Shown here one piece after another: positions 28,627 to 41,059 of a stretch of DNA of 64,000 nucleotides (its first letter is position 1; each line of letters begins with the position of its first letter). This stretch comes from Perkinsus chesapeaki ATCC PRA-425 (lineage: Eukaryota; Protista; Perkinsozoa), in contig JAAPAO010000057.1 in the NCBI GenBank assembly GCA_013115145.1, positions 1 through 64,000 on the forward strand, in the 5' to 3' direction. A model generated the notes under the pieces. The model worked only from the letters and a program-made list of their open reading frames with translations, was not told the DNA's origin and made no database searches. A program made the translations under genes and the position numbers.

Positions 28627-29134
28627 AGGGATAAAACGCTTCCGATACGGAACGGTAAAAACCACTGATCAATTCAGATGAGGCTGGCAAGGTGAGACTG
28701 GGCAGTGTAAGATTACACAAGATGACAGGGACGAAGCAGTACACCATACGCATACGTACGGCGCTATAATTACAGTGGAAGCAAATTTACCAAGCAGCAG
28801 CTCAGGTCAAGATGACTGTTGTGTGATGGATCTACCAACCTACACCAACTACCGTAGACGCCTATCAGAAAAGCTGATTGTCGTGCACTCTTGTTGACAA
28901 ACGCAAAAAAAAGAACAATATAAGAAAAACTCATCTGTTCTCCTGTGGCCATCGCTACCAACTACGACCTAAGGACTCTTGAGGGATAGTAATAACCAGT
29001 AGCAATGCATTACATACTATGCAGTGAGAGAAACTCAATACCAGTAAGAAACTAACAACTTGATCATATCATCATAGATTCTAGTACTACTAGCAGACTA
29101 GTAGGGCCTTTAACAAAGCAGTCTTCTAGATAGG

Positions 29135-32100
29135 CTACTCTCCACGAGCAGGGGCACTAATTTGGAAAACTTTATTCGAAGTCTCAACACTGCCGCCTGC
29201 TTCGTCCATACTCACGCAACGAGGGCACGATGTGGGTGTGTTCACGGATTCTACAGCGTAGATGCAACCACAGCGACAGGCCCTTCAGCGGTCAACTGAG
29301 AACAAGCAGGCCTTGGGGACATCAGAGTCAGATTGCTTGCGGATCATCGTCTTGACGTTATTAAGCTGAGCAACCGCTTCCTTGATGAGCTTGCCGTACC
29401 TAAGAGAATGCTTCGTGCTAAATTCGGACCGGTAACGAGTAGTTACGCCTTATTTCGAGCAATAATATAGAATAACCAGTCTAAGAACTATAGTTGGGCT
29501 CGCGCCGCGAAAATGAGGCGATGCTATTGATACCTTGGAGCTGTTTGTATTCGGGCTTTGCATAATGGGCATCTAGGTAAACCAACACGTTTGGAAGCCT
29601 CATTGATGTATCTGAAGGGTTATGCGTTCGACACAGTGAAAACGAAGGCTCACTTGTCCAAGGAATGCAGAAAAAACGTGTGGCCGCAGTCTGGCAGGAG
29701 ATACAGCTTCGACCCACTTTTAACAGCCTGGCCGATATTCTTCTTTGAAAGTCGGCATTTAAGTTCTGGCGAACACTTGGGGCATACTGGGCATGGTTCC
29801 CCACATACACCAGAACAGGGGTGGCCACAGCGCAGCTTGAGATCACATTTAACATAGCATCTCGGCCTATCACATGGCTCATTGCACGGCTTGTTGCATT
29901 GATGATGGCGACATTGCCACACGCAGACTTTTATGCACGGTTCACATACTTCATCACAGCGCTTACGGCACACTGTCCCATGAGAACACTTCAGTCTACA
30001 ATCCTCGGAGCAGAGCTTGCCATGGGAGCCGCACTTATTGTCGCAAATGTGGCCACAAAGAAGCTTTTTACGACAGTCCTTTTTGCAGACAACTGTTCCA
30101 TGGTCATGTGAGTTGCGACAAAGCTTCCCACAGACATGGCCACAGTCGAGCTTCTAATCACACCGCTTCTCACAGTCAGCGACCTCGCTGCAATTTTGCT
30201 GCACTTGATGTCCACATGAGGCTTCAACTTTTTTATTGTAGGTGCAGCTAATAACAGACAGGTCTGTCTTGGACTGGAAGCACTTGACAGTCTGTTCGTG
30301 ACCGCAAGGGAGAGTAGCGGTGACTTGCTTCTCACATTGCTGTGATTGAACTAGAGCGGATCGGTGACAAGGACATTGGCGGACATGTCCGCACGGAAGA
30401 GTAACTTTGACCTTAGTTTGGCACAGCTGCCTCTCCTCAACCGTCTTCAGACCACACGCCACTAAGCGCTTATGACCACAGGTAGGCAGTATCTCCACCA
30501 TCTCCTTGCAGTGATGCCGAGGTGCAACGATGTCTCGTTGATGGCAGGGTGTCTTGTAGGGATGCCCACAATCGCGAGTGACCTCCACAGTAGTAGAACA
30601 CTTCACAAGATTGAGATTGGCGAGCATGTGGCAAGGGGTCTTCTGCGAGTGCCCACAAGGCAAGGTGGCTGGCAGCATCGTCAGACACTTCCTCTCAGGT
30701 TCATCTTATGTAAGACAGCACCGGACTTGCTTCTCGTGCCCACAGGGAAGAGTCACTGTTACTAGCGTGTGGCACACTCTCTCGTGTGCATCATTCTGTA
30801 GATAACACCTGACTCCTTTTTGATGTCCGCATGGCAGATCGACCGTAATGATCTTCTTACAGGAGAGAGTGCATACATCCGTTGGAGATGGTGACTCTCC
30901 ACCACAAGTAGAGCAATCATGCTTGGGGCGGAAATGGCTGCAGTCATCAGGGACTGGACGGTTGCACTTCTGCTTGCACATAACCTGGTCGTGACCGAAG
31001 ACATGGCAGTTCAGATAGCAGCGATGACCGCAACGAGGAAGAAGTTTATCGCAGGGCTGTCGACAACCACCATCCTTGACCTTGGTAAAGTCCTCTGCTT
31101 TAGAAACGGGCTCTCTGTTATCGGGATGGTTGCGGCACATGAGGGTGAGTACAGGGCCCAGCCTGCCTTGATCTTTCAGCATCTGGATGACTACTTTCCA
31201 ACTGGTTGCCTTCTCGAACATCTCCGAGTTGCCGAGAATATAGAGACCTTCTCGAGCACGCGACAGGGCCACTATCACTCTGTTCTCGATGCCGACAAAG
31301 CCAATCCTCTTGGAAGCATTTGAGCGAACGAGAGAGAGGATGATTACTTTATTTTCCTCACCTTGGTAGTCATCTATGCTGACCACCTGTACGCCTTCGA
31401 CCCCACGCTTCTTGTCAGAGCGTAGGTCGGGGTTGAGATGGTTGCGCATAAGCCTCTTTTGACCAATATAAGGAGTAAGGAGGGTTATCTCCCGCGGCTT
31501 GTACTGTTGACTACGTACCAGGTAAGTGGCCATGCCGACTGCAAACTTGGCTTCGAACTCATTTCTTTTGGAGGTACCCTCAAATGACTGTTCGAGCTCC
31601 CTATGGTCGAGGAAGTATACATCAGTAGCCACACCACCAACTCTATCATACTTCTTAACCCTCTCGTGGTCGATGAGGCCATCAGCGTAGAAATGCTTCA
31701 CCAATTGGCTGACTTCTGGTCTCATACGAAGTTGAGTGGATAACTTAGCAAATGGGACGTTGAGGTTGATGAGCCTTTCAAAAAGTGATATGTCAAAGTG
31801 GTTCTTCCGGCATAATTCAAAGGCATTAATTTTCGGTCTCAACTGTTGATGGTCTCCAATAAGCACCACATTTTCCAATTTAGATGAGGATAGGCACGCC
31901 ATTAGCTGACATTCTAACAGCTCACCAGCCTCCTCTATTATCACAACCTTCGGAGCCAGACGATGTACAAGATCTCGATTAAGTGCAGCAAAGGTACTGG
32001 TCATACCAACAATCTTCGCCCCTCTACAAGCTCGTAATAAAAGGCTCTTCTTCTTTTGTCCGTACGCCTCCGCATCTTCCTCGACCCCAAGGTACATAGC

Positions 32101-34796
32101 CTTTAAGTTTCGTTTGACTCCTTTCTCGAAGACAGATGACACGAGATTGCGGAGACGACTTTTTGCATCAGCATTAGGTGCTAGGAATGCTTCCTTGCCC
32201 GCTCTGTAAATCTCTGCCTTTGCTCTGGGTTTAACAAATCCGGCTCCCAGGCAAGCTTCCAGTCGGCGACAAATGCGCTTCTGCAACGCTACTGCCAGAC
32301 CAGCTTCAGAGGTTAATGTATCGGAAGTGGTCTCGTAGATATTTTCGAATGGAGTTGGGAAGTCTGCTGCGTCCAGATCAACCTCGTCATCCATACGTCG
32401 GTCAAGCTCGATCTGATTGATGATATCTAAGTCCAGGTCAGCAGCGTTATTTTCGATAAAGTCGTCAACTTCTTCTTCACGAGTAAAGGTCAAGTTGAAA
32501 CCGAGTAGCCTGTCAATATAGCGATCTACTCCGCCTTCCATTTCTCGAATGAGCTTTTTCTTGGCTTTGGCAGGGAGTGTTTCAAAAGCAACCTGTGGCA
32601 TATATCCTTCGTCATCAATGCCGTCTTCATTCCACCAGTTCTGAGGTTGCTCGTCCATGAGGTCGATGTCCCATTCCTTCATCCATTTTTGCTCAAGTCG
32701 AGGTAGCTGCCATGTGGTACCCTTCAACCAGACTTCTAAGCTTCTCACAGCAAAGTCGATGGCGTTCTTGCCCAATAATGCAAAACTGACGGTACACTCC
32801 GGCGGAGCGACAATCTCAGCAAAGAGGTCGGCGGGTATGTAGGCGAGAAGACCAAGGAATGTTCCGGTCTGATCCCTGTCGTGAAGGGCAAGTACAGAGT
32901 TCATCATTCCACCATTCCTGTATAATCGACTTCTCAGTGACTTGCGACTGATATACTCGTCACGGTCTTCACGAGTCTTCTTGTTGCGTACATTGCATTC
33001 TTCTAGTTGGGGATTATCAGTCTTAGAGCGGCCTCCAAACCTGACTATACCGCCAGGTACATGAGGTAGGAGATCCTCCAGGAATTGGTCAAGAGCGTGG
33101 TTAGTCAAAGTCACGGCTAGGATGGGAGAGTCATCGAACTGCTTATCCAGGCAAGCCCTCGCTATACGAGTGAACTTGACTCCGAGATAGCTCTTGCCAG
33201 TACCAGGGGGCCTTGAACTACTGCTAGAGGAGACCGTAGGATATACTTCATGGCCTCCTGTTGGGCAGGATCTAGCTCAATAGAACGACCAGCGACCTTA
33301 GGCCATTCGGCAAGGGGGTTACCGGTGATTGGAGAGCTAATACCATTAGTCGTGTAAAGGGGAGACAAATCCACCTGACGATTGATAAGGTAATTCGGAC
33401 TTCTCTGTTGGGAAGGGGAGCCAAGCAAGGAGGGCAGCAAAGGCATCCCTTCTATTAGGGAGGCATCTCTGAGGAAGTCGAAAATAGGCTTCTTGGCGAG
33501 AAAGTAATCGGGAGACTCTAGCATGCAGTACTCAGCATCGAAGGAGAACTTCTCGAGGTCGGTATGAGAGAAGCTTAGACCAATGAGACCACCTCTGGAC
33601 TTGTCACCTCCAACCTTTTTTATGTCAAACTCCTCGACAGTTGCATAGACCAGCGTCTCTGGATCAGCACCACCACTAGGAGTACCATTAGTGGTCTGGA
33701 ATAGGGCTACCAAAGATCCATAGATCAGATGCGAGCCAAGTGTGAAGTCAACAGGCCTCGAACAGGAGAACTTCAACTGCACATACGGTTCACCACTAGT
33801 GGAGATGCGGAAGGGATGCCTCGTTGCTTTGACATGCTCATAGCAAACTGTTCTAGATGTTGACTCATAGGCGGTAGGCAAGCCCATCGCAGGACAGAGA
33901 GCTTCCTTTAAGGGAATGACGAACTCCTGTCTGAGACAGTGATAGTGTGTGGCCCGATATAGAAGAAGATCTTGCTCATTGTGAGCATCCCACATAGTAT
34001 CTACTCTGTTCACCATCCTAGGCTTCTTCTTACTGTATGATGGCCCTTCAATAATCTCCTCCAACTCGGGCAATAGGTTCTTAGGCTTCATCAAATCCTC
34101 ACAGAGATCAACGTCTACATCAACCGCTTGGGCCACCTTAGTTCTGGCACGCAGTCTTCGTGCAGCACCACCTTCTTTATGGAAGTCGAGCTGATTCAGG
34201 AGCATTCTCATCTGGTCTGAGAGGCACTTCATGGCTTCCGCTCTGGTTGATATAGGAGCAGAAGATACCAGACCAGACGATTGAGGGTCCCACCGGCATA
34301 CTTCTATCATAACCTTTGTGTAGTTAATGAGCTGCTGAGGCGTCTTTATCTTATTAATGTAGTCAGCAGATACCACCACTAGTGTAGCCCCTAATGTGCG
34401 GATCAGCTCATAGTATTTGATCTTCTCGAAAGCATCAGCGGCGGTGATGATGAAGTTTAAAAGGACATGCATTCCATCTGGGTCCAGACCTCCTAAAAGA
34501 TTCCTCATCTTCTCCCGCAACCCGTAGGCCACCTTCAAACATAAATCGGGATCATTCTTCTCGAGAGCATGACGAAAGATGCAGATGAGTTCACTGGAGG
34601 AGTGAAGCTTCTGGGATGTGTTGGCTATAGCCCTCTCGGTGAATGCTCCTTTTCCTCCTGGCTGCCCCCCTCTGTGGCGGCCCTTGCCTCCCTTAGAAGC
34701 AGCCCGGTTAACCCCTTTACCGCCACCCTTGCCTTTGGCGGCACGAGGAGGCTTATAGGAAGTACCGCTGGGCTTACCCTAAGGATTTGCTGTCAT
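29135..34796 (-). pseudogene. ZNFX1: ZNFX1-like copy B, disrupted: KG-rich N-terminus without CCCH, helicase, 7 extra repeats, RING-like domain, degenerate RZ finger
   Basis: Full-length homology to copies A/C/D, but with TAG at codon 6 (34779-34781), a 1-nt deletion in the Walker A GPP codons (G5 run at 33206-33210), TAA at 30706-30708, TAG at 30154-30156 and TGA at 29285-29287. Homology continues in frame past each stop. Confidence 0.85.
31565..32010. repeat. Near-identical helicase-core DNA segment, copy B
   Basis: Matches A, C and D; the match to D extends through cgatgtacaagatctcgattaagtgcagcaaaggtactggtcataccaac. Confidence 0.9.
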
Positions 34797-35002
34797 GGCA
34801 AGAAAACCAACTACGATGAATGGTGAGCGATGAAATGAAGTGGCAGACCTGAGCGTGAAACATAAAGCTATGCAGGCCCGATGTGGTACTAACTCCACGA
34901 ACCAGGCAGGAAATGAAAAAGAGTGAGAATGGTGCCTGCTGTTGTTAGTAATCTTTAAGAGTCGTTAATCTTTAATGAAGCTGCTGCTTAGCTGCAAGTA
35001 GG

Positions 35003-38000
35003 TCACGCACCACCCATACCAGGCCAATGTGGGGTGGCTTGGGTGCCGGTGAAATCTGCTATGAAGGTGTTTCCGGCGGCGGAGCTGTGATTGGCACCAC
35101 CGATAACAGCATGACACTCCGGACATGTTGCGGACATCATCGCACCACCACAGTCAGCAATGAAGTAAGGATGACCATTAGGGCATGCGAACCAATGGCC
35201 CGCAGCTGCACCCCAGCCATCAGATGCCATAGCCTCGTTGATAGCCTGCCTCTCTTCTAGTGTGACTTCTTGTCTAAATGCCTGTAGCAGTTTCTCCTTG
35301 ACCTTCGCAAGAAGCGCAAGCTGGGTCTTGACAATATTGTTATACCTGAGCAGAAATCGCAACGGTGCGTACAAATGAGAGCAGGAAATCACTGCCTTAC
35401 CTGGGAGCTGTGAAGATGGTCTTCTTGCATGTGGGACAGCACCTTAGTTGTATCGCCTTGTGGTCACCTTTAGAGGCATCATAAGTCATGTAACTGGGGA
35501 AAGAGCCTTACGATACTAACTCCTAGCCTCAGAACTTACGTATCCAAACCTTCAACGAAGAATGTATGCCCACAGTCGGGAAGCATGTAAAGTCTGGAGC
35601 CATCTTCCAGGGCAGATCCTATAGTGTCCAGGGATATAGTGCACTCAACATCAGGGTAGCAACGTGGGCAAATAGGACAGGGCTCGCCACAGAGGCCTTG
35701 ACAAGGATGGCCACAAGCCAGCTCCAACGTACAGTGAGCATTGCAGCGCGGCCTCTTGCATGGCTCGTGGCATACTTGATCACATTTATGGTGGCGACAG
35801 CGCCAAAGGCAAGGCTCACGGCATGGGACACAGATCTCACAACAGGCCTTACCGCAGACATTTCCGTGAAGGCAGCGCATACCACATTCTTGATCACATA
35901 GTTTTGTATGGGGCTCTCCACAAAGCTTATCGCACTTATGGCCACAAGCTAGCTCCTGCTCGCAATCTTCTTTACATTGGACTTTAGTGTGATCATGTGC
36001 CGGTGAACAGAACTTAGGGCAGGGATGACCACAAGGTAGGACTCGCTCACATTGTCGCATGCACTCCTTCACGTTCTTACAGACTTGCTCTACATCATGA
36101 CCGCATTGAGCCTTCACTGTCTGCTTGAAGGTGCACTCCAAACTGGTCGACTTGGACTTGTAGCATGCCACTTGGAGTTGATGTCCACAAGAGAGAACGA
36201 CCGAAACCATTCGCAGACAGCGCCTCTCGATAGGATCATCTTTCATAAAGCAGCGTACTCCCTTTTCGTGGCCGCAATCAAGGATGACCGATACCGTAGC
36301 GACACAAGGTGTCTTGCAGACATCCATCGGCTCGGAGTCAGGGCGAGTACAATTACAGCAGAGGTTTGGGCATTTATGGGAGCAGCCAGTAGGCCTCGGC
36401 CGATTGCATGGCTTATCACAGGTTACCAGTTCATGATCGAAGACATGGCAATTAAGGGGGCACCTATGACCACATTGAGGAAGCAGGAGCTTGCAAGGTT
36501 CACGGCAGCCACCATCTTTGACATAGTAGAAGTCGGCAGGGTCGGAAATATGCTCCAAATTCTCAGGATGATTACGACACTTCAATGTCAAAGTGGGTCC
36601 GATACGTCCCGGCTCGCGGAGGCGTTCAAGAACAACCTTCCAACTTTGGGAGCCTCCGAGCATTTGAGAGTTGCCCAGGATATATAGGCCTTGCTTCGCA
36701 CGTGAGAGCGCCACAATAACTCTATTCTCTATGCCGACAAAGCCGATCTTCTTAGCCTCATTAGAACGGACCAGAGAGAGAATGACAACCTTGTTCTCTT
36801 CACCTTGGTAGTCGTCGATAGTAGCAACTCTGACACCAACGATCTCCTTGTTCTTGTTAGCTCGTATCTCCGGGTCCAAGTAGCTTCGCATAAGCCGCTT
36901 CTGACCGATGTAGGGAGTTAGTAGGGTGATGTCCTCGGGTTGATACTGCTGTGACCGAACAAGATAAAGAGCGAAGCTGGTGACGAACCTGGCTTCATAA
37001 TCATTCTTTTTGGAGGTACCCTCAAATGACTGTTCGAGCTCTCTGTGGTCGAGGAAGTATACATCAGTAGCCACACCACCAACTCTATCATACTTCTTAA
37101 CCCTCTCGTGGTCGATGAGACCATCAGCGTAGAAATGCTTCACCAATTGGCTGACTTCTGGTCTCATACGAAGTTGAGTGGATAACTTAGCAAATGGGAC
37201 GTTGAGGTTGATGAGCCTTTCAAAAAGTGATATGTCAAAGTGATTCTTCCGGCATAATTCAAAGGCATTAATTTTCGGTCTCAACTGTTGATGGTCTCCA
37301 ATGAGCACCACATGTTCCAGTTTGGGTGAGGACAAGCTGGATATCAGTTGACATTCTAATAGCTCCCCTGCCTCCTCGATGATGACCACCCTCGGAGCCA
37401 AGCGATGAACTAGATCCTGGTTGAGGGCTGCGTAAGTACTAGTCATACCGATAAGCTTGGAACCACGACAGGCCCGGAACAATACTGCCTTGCGATGCTG
37501 CATATAGGCCTTTGCCGCATCCTCGCCCTTTTTATAGATGTCTCGAAGCTTTGTCTTCATAGGGCCTTCAAGAGCTGTTCCAACAGCTTCGACTAGTCCT
37601 TGCCGACTACGTCGAGATGGTGCAGCTTGGTTAACACAAGTGGTGCCGGCATCATGGACAGCAACGTGACAGCCAGCAGCGACGACGGTTTCACCGAATG
37701 TTGTTTCTAGCCTCCCACGTATCTTCTGCTGGAAGCAAGCTGCCATCGTATACTCGTCCTTCCATGGCCGATCAATCTCCAAGTCGTCGACATTATCATC
37801 AGAAGGGCGAGCAACCGCCAGGTTACCACCACGGCCACGAATAACGCCGTCAATTTCTATTCCGCCAAGAGCGGCCCCTCTTCCAGCACGGTCGGCAAAG
37901 AGCTGATCACCAATCATTCTCTCTTGCTCGATGAGGTCGAGGAGGTCCATGTCTAGGTCATCCATATCGATATCATTGCGCCTTCGAGTTGGGGCGCTGA

Positions 38001-40230
38001 ACTCGAATAGATGGTCAATAAGTCTGTCGACTCCTGCCTCCATCTCATCACGCAAGTCCTTTCTTTGACGGTCAGGCAGGCCGCAAAAGGATTCGTAGGC
38101 TCGCGACGATCGTCCAGGATCGAATCGATTAGACGTCTTCACTTTCCCCTTGATGTCGAATCCTCTCTGCTTCAACCAAGCCTTCTCACTTCCTGCCATC
38201 TGCCTCTCCGTGCCCTCCAACCAGTTCCTCAGAGATTCCATAGCAAACTCAGCGGCAAAATGGCCAAGCCTAGCAAAGCTCATTTTCCAGCCAACTGGTG
38301 CCAGAATCCTTCGGAATAGAGTGAAAGGGATATAAGCTAGGATGCACACAAGTTGGGCGTCACCACCTTGGTAGAGGGCCGCCACGGAGTTGAGAGTCCG
38401 GCAAGTAGCCTCCAACTGATCCTTGAAGTCTTGCCTCCGCTGATAGTCTTCGGAGTTCTCGCGCATCTTAGCTCGGACATGGCATTCTTGAAGAGCCTCG
38501 TTATCGGCCTTAGACCGGCCTCCGAATCTTACGATTTGGCCTGGCATATAAAGTAGTAGGTCTTCGAGGAACTGATCCAGGGCATGGTTGGTGAGGGTCA
38601 CCGCCAGCATTGGTTCCTCATGATATCTTCTGTCAAGGGCTGCCCTCGCCAGCCTGGCAAACTTCACCCCCAAGTAGCTTTTGCCCGTCCCAGGAGGCCC
38701 TTGGACAACGGCAATAGGACGGCGAAGGATATGTCTCATAGCAGTCTGTTGAGCGGGATCAAGCTCGATCCTTCTTCCTGCCACAGTTGGCCATGGACCA
38801 AGAGGATCGCTCTCGAGGGCCGTCGGGCCGTCACCGGTATATAAAGGTGCCAGGTCAATGCGAGCTCCTCGCAGATAGTCCGGTGCCTCGTCATGAGGGG
38901 TAATATCGCCTAGGAGCTTCTGGAGGAGGGGCATCTCTCTGAAGACCTCTTCATCACGCAGGAAGTCGAAGACCGGCTTCTTGGCAAGGAAGTAATCAGG
39001 TGACTCTAGCATACAGTACTCGGCGTCAAACTGGAACTTGTGGAAGTTGGTCTCATCAAACCCAATACCGACCGTTCCACCCTCTGACTTCTGGCCACCA
39101 GTCTCCCGGACGTCGAACTGTACTACAGTTGCGAATACCAGTGATTCGGGATCAGCATCACCACGTGGGGTACCAGTGGTAGTACGAAAGAGGGCCACCA
39201 ATGAACCATAAATCAAATGGGAGCCGAGGGTGAAATCGACAGGCCGCTGGCAAGTGAAGGCTACTTGAACATAAGGATCGCCAGTATTAGTGACACCGAA
39301 GGGTTGCGGGAGAGCTTTCACATGCTCGTAGCACATAGCCTTCGCAGGCGCTCCAGTGGCAGTGGCGAAGCCAAGAGAATAGGAAAGGGCCTCCTTGAGA
39401 GGGATGAGGAACTCCTGGCGTAAACAGTAATAGTGTGTGGCCCTATACAGCAGCATGTCTGATGCTTTGTTGGCATCCCACTTGCCGGCTGCTCTATTGA
39501 TGACCAGCTTTGACTTCAACTTTGTTGGTCTCACATTGTCCTTGATCTCATCCAAGGTAGGCATGAGATTGAACTCATGCATCAGTGACTCGCATTCGGC
39601 CTCCTCATCAGGGGTAAGGTCTGTGGGGCCAACACCAGCCGCACCGCGGCGTGCTTGGAGATTGCGCACAGCACCACCAGTCTTGTAGAACTCTATGCGT
39701 TGGAGAGGCATCAACAATGGTTCCTCGCTAGAGCCAATAAGCTTCGCCTGCTCACGGAACTTGTCTGCTGGGATCAAAGCAGCAGCCTTCGTGTCGACCC
39801 GTCCGACTTCGACGAGGACCTTCATACAAGCAAGCATCTGGTCCATAGTCCGGATGTCTTCTACATAGTCAGGAGTGGCCACCACCAGACTCGCGCTCAA
39901 GGTTCGTATAACTTCATCGAACTGCTCCTTATCAAACGCTTCCATACACTTGGCGAGTAAAGAAAATAAGGCGTTGATCTCGAAGTCGTCGAAGTCTCTG
40001 ATGTACGTGTTGAGCCTCTCTTTTAGACGCCAAACCTCCGACAAGCAGAAGTCGATATTCTTGTGACCATTTAGTCGCCTCACAAACACGGCGGCATCAC
40101 GATAGCTGTCGATGCGGTCCTTCACTGCAGTTTTCTTAGGGACAGCAGAGTCACTATCTGAGTTGTGAGAGAATCGGCAGGCTGTACCATTCCTGCATAT
40201 CCCTCTCTGGTAGAAGCGACAGATAGGCAT
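35003..40230 (-). CDS. ZNFX1: ZNFX1-like helicase, copy C, intact: CCCH, helicase, NFX1-type repeats, RING-like domain, complete RZ finger
   Basis: 1564-aa open first exon with all SF1 motifs. Exon 2 YMTYDASK...RCCPTCKKTIFTAPR; exon 3 ...GHWFACPNGHPYFIADCGGAMMSATCPECHAVIGG, an RNF213/ZNFX1-type RZ finger. Confidence 0.95.
36887..37318. repeat. Near-identical helicase-core DNA segment, copy C
   Basis: Matches A, B and D; the match to D extends about 130 nt further toward the gene 3' end (cgcataagccgcttctgaccgatgta...). Confidence 0.9.
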
Positions 40231-41059
40231 ATATGCTAGCGGAGAGGCACAACAATCTTGACATGAACCAGTTAAGTTTACTCTCCTGCTTGAACAGTAC
40301 TGAGGTATGGTGGCGCGAACGAGCAGAATCCCTTGAAGGCCAACATTAATTCTGAATTTATACGGCTCTGCTCATTGGTTAAACTCAAGACTATGCGATG
40401 ACAACTACGCTACCGTTAATGTCCTACAAATAGATTACGAAAGCTACGATATTATTTTACAATACGTATTCGTAACACAGAAGGGCTAAGCTAACCTGAG
40501 TGCTGTTGACTACTCTATTTCTCCCCACAACAATCGCTATTTTTAATCACGTAACGGCTCAATGGACTACCACAGTTGCTTAATTAATGAAATATAATGA
40601 ACAACACAACTCAGAATCATTGGGACTGAAGGTATGTTTGGTATAGGAGAGCGCGACTGACATGCTCTGGCGATCTGTGATGGCTCGGTTGATTAGCTGA
40701 GGTCTCATTTCACTTTTTTGACCAATCCTGCCGCACGCGTGCACATTTTGTGCAACAAACGTGACGGGCTTAATTCGAGTCCTTCCGGAATTTCGGCGAC
40801 AGGGGCTACGCTGCATCTAGGTTTGGAGACAAAAGAATAGCTTGCACCTCGTTGTGATGCAGGTGGTGAAGTCTACCACTAACTCGGTACCAAACTAGCC
40901 GGGTGCGGCTGATACTGAATGCTTATATGTTACGCAATAGAGCTGCAAGCCAACGATTTATCAAACGCGAGAGGATCAGTTGATAGAAACGTCTACTGTT
41001 AAAGAGAATCCTCACATTATATCAATCATTCTGATCTTCTATACTCAGTCACCAACTTG

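Noticed and set aside
36052-36687. 211-aa and other antisense ORFs over the ZNFX1 genes
   Set aside because: They are opposite-strand shadows of long coding exons with no independent features.
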